DNA from: Macrostomum lignano
Lineage: Eukaryota
Length of the DNA: 64,000 nt
Direction of reading: 5' to 3'
NCBI GenBank assembly: GCA_002269645.1
Contig: NIVC01003514.1
Span: 1 to 64,000 of the forward strand
Part shown: in pieces, positions 53,984-64,000 of the stretch
How the letters are laid out: every line of letters begins with the position of its first letter
How positions within the stretch are numbered: the stretch's first letter is position 1
Position numbers and translations under genes: made by a program
Notes under the pieces: generated by a model
What the model was told of the DNA's origin: nothing
The model's database searches: none
Seen by the model: the letters and a program-made list of their open reading frames with translations, nothing else

Positions 53984-56349
53984 CCACTTGTCTACGACAG
54001 AATTCCTTCCCCACATCTCTATCTTACCAAATGGCAAGCACTGCATGCCATAGACAATTTAGATCTGCGCTGTACACTTCGAATTTCAAAACAGTTGCTT
54101 TATTATGGACAGGCAAGAAAACACTTTCTCAACAGGAGAAGTGACATCTTTGACTGGAGAATAGTCTATGGCCAACCTAGAAAAAAGGCAAGAGGGAGGG
54201 AATACAGGCATGAAAAGTTAACTGCAAGAATTTTTACTGGTGCCTCCTTAGCTCACCACCCCAACTTACCAAATCTTACAATGCAAGCGGTCAGACAGCG
54301 ACGGCAAGCAGCCAAGCAAGCCTTGCGAAACTTGGGCCTCGACAGCGAATCGAGCGATGAGTCGAGCGATGACTCATTTTTCACTGCCGAGAGCGAGGGA
54401 GAGGACGGTGACGAAAATCAAGAAGGCAACGATGGACCGGAGGAAGACGATCAGGGAATGATGCACGATGATTGGAGATCAGTAACTCCAGAGACTGATG
54501 CTCGAGCTAATTCCCTTCCCGAGTTCCTCGGGGCAAGCGGAGTCAATCCGGGATTCTCCGTACCTGCTGATGTTGACGACGGCTGGACAGCCATTTTCGA
54601 GCAATTTTTACCCGATGAGTTGCTGCTTCAGATGTGCATGTGGACAAACAAGAGAGCGCAGCTGGATATTGCCAAGTTTCAAGAAGAACACGGAGATGAT
54701 GAACTGCCTTACGGGCTCAGAACGTGGAAGCCCTGCACTGTTTCTGAGATGAAGAAGGTGATCGGCGTTATATTATATACCGGAGTTGTACAGAAACCGG
54801 AGGTGACGGCTTACTGGTCCACGGACCCGTTTTACTTTCATCCCTACTTTCAAAGCATGAAGATGCTTCCTCGCTCGCGGTTTCAACAAATCATGTCATG
54901 GCTGCGTTGCTATGACTGTCTTGACTTCGACGCTGGTGATCCCTTGTGCAAGATCAGGCCGTTCCTAGACATGGTCCAGACAGTTTGCAAGAACAGCTAC
55001 ATGCCCGGTCAAAGCATTGCCGTTGATGAAGCGCTGCTGCTCTATAAAGGGAGGCTGATTTTTAAGCAGTACATGCCCAACAAGAGAGCCAAGTTTGGCA
55101 TCAAATTGTACTGCCTTGCAGAGTCTTCTACAGGCTACATGTGGAACTATCTGATACATTCAACCACCATTGCGAATGAACAGTTCGGCAACGATGTGCC
55201 GCAGCTCTCAATCAGTGAGAGAGTCGTCGTAGAACTTTGTCGCGACATTCTGGACCTTGGATATCGGGTCTTTTGCGACAGTTGGTTTTCATCGGTGCGA
55301 CTGGCCAAGTTCCTTCTGACCAGAGGAACAACCTTAACTGGGACCGTTCGCAAAGACCGAGGCGTTCCACCGATTCTGCGAGATATGCTCTTGCAACCAC
55401 CGAGTCATTCCTTTGCCCGACATGGTGACATCCTTGCTGTGAAGCTGGTTGACAGGCGAAGCTCAGGAACAAAGACGGTCTATCTGTTGGACTCCGCTTC
55501 AACGGCTGCTAGCTCTTTGGTTAGCCGGGTACTGCGCGGTGGTGTGGAGCAGCAGCTGCTGAAGCCCAACTCGGTTTTGCAATATAATCACAACATGGGA
55601 GGTGTGGATCGGATGGATGCCGCAGCCCAGCCTTACAGCGCATGCCGCCGAACGCACAAATGGTTCGTAAAGTTGGCGGTGTTTCTGCTACAGCAGCTGG
55701 TTCGCAACTCCTGGATTGTGTACCGACATCTAGGTGGATCCATGAGCTTTCTCAGCTACACTGAAAGGTGTGTAAAGCACTTGATTGAAAGCAGCGGAAA
55801 TGGTCGATCGAGAGTTAAGCGTCAGGCTCTTCCCCGTCAGCCAGGCGAAATTCATCATCGGCTGGAAAAGCTACCCGCTACCGCAGCACAAGAACGGCCT
55901 ACCAAGCGTTGCCGAGTTTGTTACCAGCGCAGACTGAAAAAGCGGACCGTCTACTTCTGCCAAGACTGTGACGGTCAGCCTGGGCTTTGCCTGGAGCCGT
56001 GCTTCTTTGAGTGGCACTCGGCTAACTGATTGCTGGCGCTTTGCTGAAACTGTAATCGAACTGTTGCTAAAATTATTTTCATTCACTTGCATGCAGCTTC
56101 ATTTGCCCTTATGTTCTTAAGATTTACCTTTGTGCATGCAATGTATGTCGTTTTCTATTTGTTTTGTGACACTCCGACGCAGTATGACAATACAAACAGT
56201 TTTTTGGCCTTGGCATGCATAGCATTCCATTTGGTTGAGTCAGACAATGATTCTGTCTAAACTCGCTTTCCCATCGACTTCAAATCTGTCTATGGTCAAT
56301 TGACAGAATGAACGATGGCATGCACAGCATGCCACTGGTAATCATAAGG
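53984..56349 (+). mobile_element. piggyBac DNA transposon (element 2)
   Basis: TTAA at 53980-53983 and 56350-56353. Removing the element restores continuity with the paralogous empty site at ~51585-51630. Uninterrupted transposase. Confidence 0.9.
54281..56029 (+). CDS. piggyBac transposase, intact 582 aa (first ATG 54281)
   Basis: VDE / DSWF / GGVD triad, acidic N-terminus, C-terminal CRVC...CQDC...LC...CF..WH. Confidence 0.93.
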   Translation: MQAVRQRRQAAKQALRNLGLDSESSDESSDDSFFTAESEGEDGDENQEGNDGPEEDDQGMMHDDWRSVTPETDARANSLPEFLGASGVNPGFSVPADVDDGWTAIFEQFLPDELLLQMCMWTNKRAQLDIAKFQEEHGDDELPYGLRTWKPCTVSEMKKVIGVILYTGVVQKPEVTAYWSTDPFYFHPYFQSMKMLPRSRFQQIMSWLRCYDCLDFDAGDPLCKIRPFLDMVQTVCKNSYMPGQSIAVDEALLLYKGRLIFKQYMPNKRAKFGIKLYCLAESSTGYMWNYLIHSTTIANEQFGNDVPQLSISERVVVELCRDILDLGYRVFCDSWFSSVRLAKFLLTRGTTLTGTVRKDRGVPPILRDMLLQPPSHSFARHGDILAVKLVDRRSSGTKTVYLLDSASTAASSLVSRVLRGGVEQQLLKPNSVLQYNHNMGGVDRMDAAAQPYSACRRTHKWFVKLAVFLLQQLVRNSWIVYRHLGGSMSFLSYTERCVKHLIESSGNGRSRVKRQALPRQPGEIHHRLEKLPATAAQERPTKRCRVCYQRRLKKRTVYFCQDCDGQPGLCLEPCFFEWHSAN

Positions 56350-56362
56350 TTAAGCATTATAA

Positions 56363-59752
<3,390 letters not shown>

Positions 59753-61058
59753 AAGGCCAAAAAGTATTGTTTGTGCCATAATGTGCAGAAAGTCTGACTG
59801 CGCTTGCTACATACACTCTAGACTATATGTAACGATTGCTTTTTAGTTTTTATAAACATCCGTATGATAAAGTGTCTTCATGGGTAATTTTTGTCGCAAC
59901 AAATTGCAAAAACTTGTTCTTTTTTGTAAACTGCTATAAATTGTAGGTTCTTATAGCCATGTATATAGACATGTAGACAACATAGCTACGAGTATAAGTG
60001 TTAAGAAGAGAAGAGAACAATCATAAAAGGTCAACGTTTTATTGACCTTTGTAGCTACCTACAAAGGCTACCTATCTTATAACATAGTTGTCCTGTAGCT
60101 AAAACTACATGAAAAAGAAGTACTGTATAATTAGGAAAAATTAAAAGAAATTAAAATTAGAAATCGTAGATAATTACAAACTTTTTAAAGTCCTCGCGCT
60201 GTAAAAAATATTTTTAAGTCCTTTCCGTAAGGAGAACTAAGTGTATTTGTATTGAATTTTAATTCACAGATATATACGTCCTTTCGGATAGTAGATTCAA
60301 AGTATGAAAGTACATGGCTTTAATGTGATTTGTGAACTTTTCAATCCAGTGAAGTTCCTACTTAATTTAAAGAACAGTTAAATTTCTCGGACATTACACT
60401 GTTGTATTTAAGTGTCCTTTAAAATACGGATCTCTGCATCCGCGTGTACGAGTAGGAAACGTACTAGTGAACAAAAACATGATGAGTATCTGCACTAGCA
60501 AGCCCACATTTGCACTAGCAAGCTACTTGTAGTACAGATGAAGCTCAATAATTCTTATGCATCCGCCAAGAGATGATGAGTTTCTGTCCAGTAGACTCTA
60601 TTCCATTAGCTATTTCGTCAACATGAAAATATAGTAAAAGAAAAAGTTGAGGACGAAAAAATAAAGCTTTTTTCATCTACTTTAGGTAGTACGAAATTTG
60701 CCAATTCCTACGAGCGTATATACTAAAAATGAAAATATTACTAAATTTCCGAATTTAGTGAATATTTATTGTGAATATTTATAGTGAATCCGGACAATTC
60801 ACGGATTTGTACATTTCAGCAGTAAAATAGAGAGAATCTTTTCTGAGGCATAATATAACAACTCGAGTATTAGAACGTCAAGGGCAACAAAAATATTGCT
60901 CGTGCAAAGATGTGCAGATCATTCTGACGGCGCTTGCTGCGTAGACTACGTAACGATGCACTTTTGTTTTTTTAACGTCTCCGGGCTGCTTTTTGTCGCA
61001 ACTTTGCTATCATTTTTTGTAAACTTGTGCTAGATTTGACAAATTCTCTTCAAAAGCA

Positions 61059-61763
61059 TCAATCTCCGCTTGAAGTTATTGACTTTCCACGTTTCAGCGC
61101 TTCAAGTTCACTTCTGGACAATTCTGCTTTAAGAGCATGAAGGTCCGCTTCAAGTTTTGGTTTTTCACGTTTCAGCGCTTCAAGTTCACTTCTGGACAAT
61201 TCTGCTTTAAGAGCATGAAGGTCCGCTTCAAGTTTTGGTTTTTCACGTTTCAGCGCTTCAAGTTCACTTCTGGACAATTCTGCTTTAAGAGCATGAAGGT
61301 CCGCTTCAAGTTTTGGTTTTTCACGTTTCAGCGCTTCAAGTTCACTTCTGGACAGAGGCGTGGCAACACACTGACTGCTAGGCTTGACCTTGTCCAGCTC
61401 TTTCATCAAGGCTTTGTTGTTTGAGTTGGCCGCACTCAGCTCCTCAAGCGCAACAGCCTTCTCTTGCTTTGCAATGTCCAGTGCCTTCATCAGCTGGCTC
61501 AAAAAGTTGTCGGTCAGTGGTAGCGACGTGGAACCTCTGTCTCTGGATTGCTGCAGTTCCACAGCAGAAAAGAAGACCTGCTTAACTGACTCGGGCGATG
61601 CAGCTTGTCGACACAGGGGACAGGTGCGATTATTTTGGAGCCAATTAGTGACACACTTGTGAAAGACGTGCTTGCAGTTTGGCAGGATCACACAGTCGCT
61701 GTTGCTGTCGAACTGGTCGCTGCAGATAGTGCAGGTGAGGCCATTGTAGTTGCTGGTAGCAAT
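61059..61763 (-). pseudogene. RING + coiled-coil paralog R3: start ATG mutated to ATT; C-terminus carries a perfect 78-bp triplication
   Basis: ATATCC-ATT-GCTACC vs ATATCC-ATG-GCTACC in R2. The frame is otherwise open, so it could be functional via an upstream exon or a non-AUG start. Confidence 0.7.
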
Positions 61764-62349
61764 GGATATTGTAGCTATGCTTGGCCAAATAGAAAATGAA
61801 GAACTTCGTTGTCTCAAAAGGAGACTCGACTCGATTTTGGAATGCAAAGTTCTTAAGAGGCTGTTGCTCGACAGTAAAATTTTTCTGGCAATAAACTGCT
61901 CGTATTTATGTCTTTTACATTGCGGATCTCTGCATTCGCGTCGTGGAAAAATTTTATCGGCCAAAAATATGAGTAATAACCCCCAAGTGTGCACGAAAAA
62001 GTGCAGACATGCAATGCTCAATAAGTCTTAGCCTTCACCGAGAGATGAGTTTCTGTATAGTAGATTCTTTCCCATTCGTTATTTTCTCAGCATGAACAGA
62101 AAGTTAAAGACAAAGTTAATAGTACGTTTTAAAGCTACTCAAAGTAGTACATATATTGCTAATATTAGTTGAATTTTCGAATAATTACACGAATTTGTAT
62201 ATTTGTGCGGTAAGATAAAAAAATATTTTTCGACGCATAATACAACACGGATGGATTGGTCTGCATATGCTTTAAGAAATCAGTCTTGGGAGCGTAAAAT
62301 ATATAATACACCACTGTATACTCTAACAATCTCTTGAAGTACCATCATT

Positions 62350-64000
62350 TTACAAAGCATTGACACCATCGATTGAGTGGTCACTAGTACGGATCTCAGC
62401 CTCACCCACGATCGGCAAGATTGGCAAGGAGCCAAAAGATGACTCTTCAGTCTTCTTGCAACTATTGGCACCTGCCTCTGAGAGTAGCAGATGACGAGTC
62501 GCTAGGTGAAAACTGTTCAAACGTTTCGACAGCTGGAAGCTCTCAGCCTCTACAGCGAGAATTTTGTCTGCCAGGTCCATGTTGCGCGACTTTTCAATCT
62601 CCAGTGAGTCCATCAGTTCGATGACCTCCTGTTGGCTATCCTGCAGCTGGTCAAGCATTCTTGCATTGTTTCTTTTCTGATCGGCATTCCGAGCTTCAAG
62701 CTGATGAAGCCTCCCCTCCAGCCTCTTGCGCACGAGTCCTTCTTCATCAAGTTGAGCGCGGAGTTTTCGAGCTTCGTCTGACATTTGTTCGTACTCTTGA
62801 GCTAGCAGCTGCATCAGTTGGCAGTTCTCGGATTCCTGTGCAGAGTATAGAGGATGCTTTCCATGAGAAATAAAACTATCAGAGCCAAGAAGCGGCAGAG
62901 TTGAAGAGATTCTAGAAATATACGCTTGTAGTAGCAGTCTGAAGAAGTTTTAACTCGATCAGTTAAAGCGATTTTAAAAAGTTTCTCCTCTCCTCTCCTC
63001 TCCTCTCCTCTCCTCTCCTCTCCTCTCCTCTCCTCTCCTCTCCTCTCCTCTCCTCTCCTCTCCTCTCCTCTCCTCTCCTCTCCTCTCCTCTCCTCTCCTC
63101 TCCTCTCCTCTCCTCTCCTCTCCTCTCCTCTCCTCTCCTCTCCTCTCCTCTCCTCTCCTCTCCTCTCCTCTCCTCTCCTCTCCTCTCCTCTCCTCTCCTC
63201 TCCTCTCCTCTCCTCTCCTCTCCTCTCCTCTCCTCTCCTCTCCTCTCCTCTCCTCTCCTCTCCTCTCCTCTCCTCTCCTCTCCTCTCCTCTCCTCTCCTC
63301 TCCTCTCCTCTCCTCTCCTCTCCTCTCCTCTCCTCTCCTCTCCTCTCCTCTCCTCTCCTCTCCTCTCCTCTCCTCTCCTCTCCTCTCCTCTCCTCTCCTC
63401 TCCTCTCCTCTCCTCTCCTCTCCTCTCCTCTCCTCTCCTCTCCTCTCCTCTCCTCTCCTCTCCTCTCCTCTCCTCTCCTCTCTCTCTCTCCTCTCCTCTC
63501 CTCTCCTCTCCTCTCCTCTCCTCTCCTCTCCTCTCCTCTCCTCTCCTCTCCTCTCCTCTCCTCTCCTCTCCTCTCCTCTCCTCTCCTCTCCTCTCCTCTC
63601 CTCTCCATTCTCTCCTCGCCTTTCTCTCTTCTCCCCTTTTCTTGTCGCCTCTCTTTTCTTCTCTCCTCTTGTCTTCTTTATTCCATCTCCTCTCTCTACT
63701 CATCTGGCCCGCATTTAGGCGCTACGAGTAAATTCTTTATTTTGCATCCCTGGATGTACAATGTTTGCCAACCCCTGGGGTATTGTATTCAATGAGTAGC
63801 TCTATTTGAACTCTTCACCTGCTGAGCCAGTGACTCCTGGCAACTTCTGAGCTGAGTAGTGTACTCATCCAGCTGACGCTTCTTCTGGCTGAGATCCCGT
63901 TTCATCATGAGGTCTCGCTGCTTGCTCCGTCGCACCTGCTGCTTGGCAAGCTCTTGTTCTTTGGTGACTTCAGCCAGCTTCGCTCGCAACTCAGCCAGTC
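62350..64000 (-). CDS. Uncharacterised coiled-coil protein, 5'-partial (exons >64000-63819 and 62835-62350)
   Basis: Heptad-rich ORFs joined in phase 0 by a GTGAAG...CACAG intron (…QESLAQQ|ESENCQLMQLL…). Confidence 0.72.
62985..63605. repeat. (CCTCT)n microsatellite in the intron of the coiled-coil gene
   Basis: Direct. Confidence 0.98.

Noticed and set aside
54095-54280. N-terminal 62-aa extension of the piggyBac-2 transposase
   Set aside because: It starts at TTG in the element's left non-coding end; ATG 54281 precedes the typical acidic N-terminus
63712-63777. Second hAT/Charlie MITE around the (CCTCT)n tract
   Set aside because: Only a right-end-like GTTTGCCAACCCCTG is visible; no matching left end was found

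Overview
Eukaryotic (metazoan) genomic DNA with GT-AG introns. Almost every intron is filled by a different mini- or microsatellite, an architecture typical of the flatworm Macrostomum lignano; the species call is inference only. Left half (1-37 kb): ordinary spliced genes on the + strand, namely LASP (LIM-nebulin-SH3), TRMT2A, FAM172A/ARB2A, an unknown multi-pass membrane protein and ARHGAP19-like RhoGAP, plus a single-pass membrane protein on the - strand. A piggyBac element and several non-autonomous elements are interspersed. 38.2-39.7 kb: a Crypton/DUF3504-type tyrosine-recombinase element with all catalytic residues, bracketed by direct repeats, inverted repeats and GNA-loop hairpins. 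Right half (41-64 kb): a tandemly duplicated - strand cluster of RING-finger + coiled-coil (TRAIP-like) genes with a non-canonical zinc-ligand spacing. It is mixed with a 28-bp satellite, a second coiled-coil gene, an intact-ORF piggyBac and a 5'-truncated RNase H-bearing LINE inserted 8 bp from it. Most long ORFs in the supplied track are read-throughs of tandem repeats. Exon boundaries were derived by hand from splice consensus, phase compatibility and recalled homology. Repeat boundaries are approximate (about +/-20 bp). No database searches were run.
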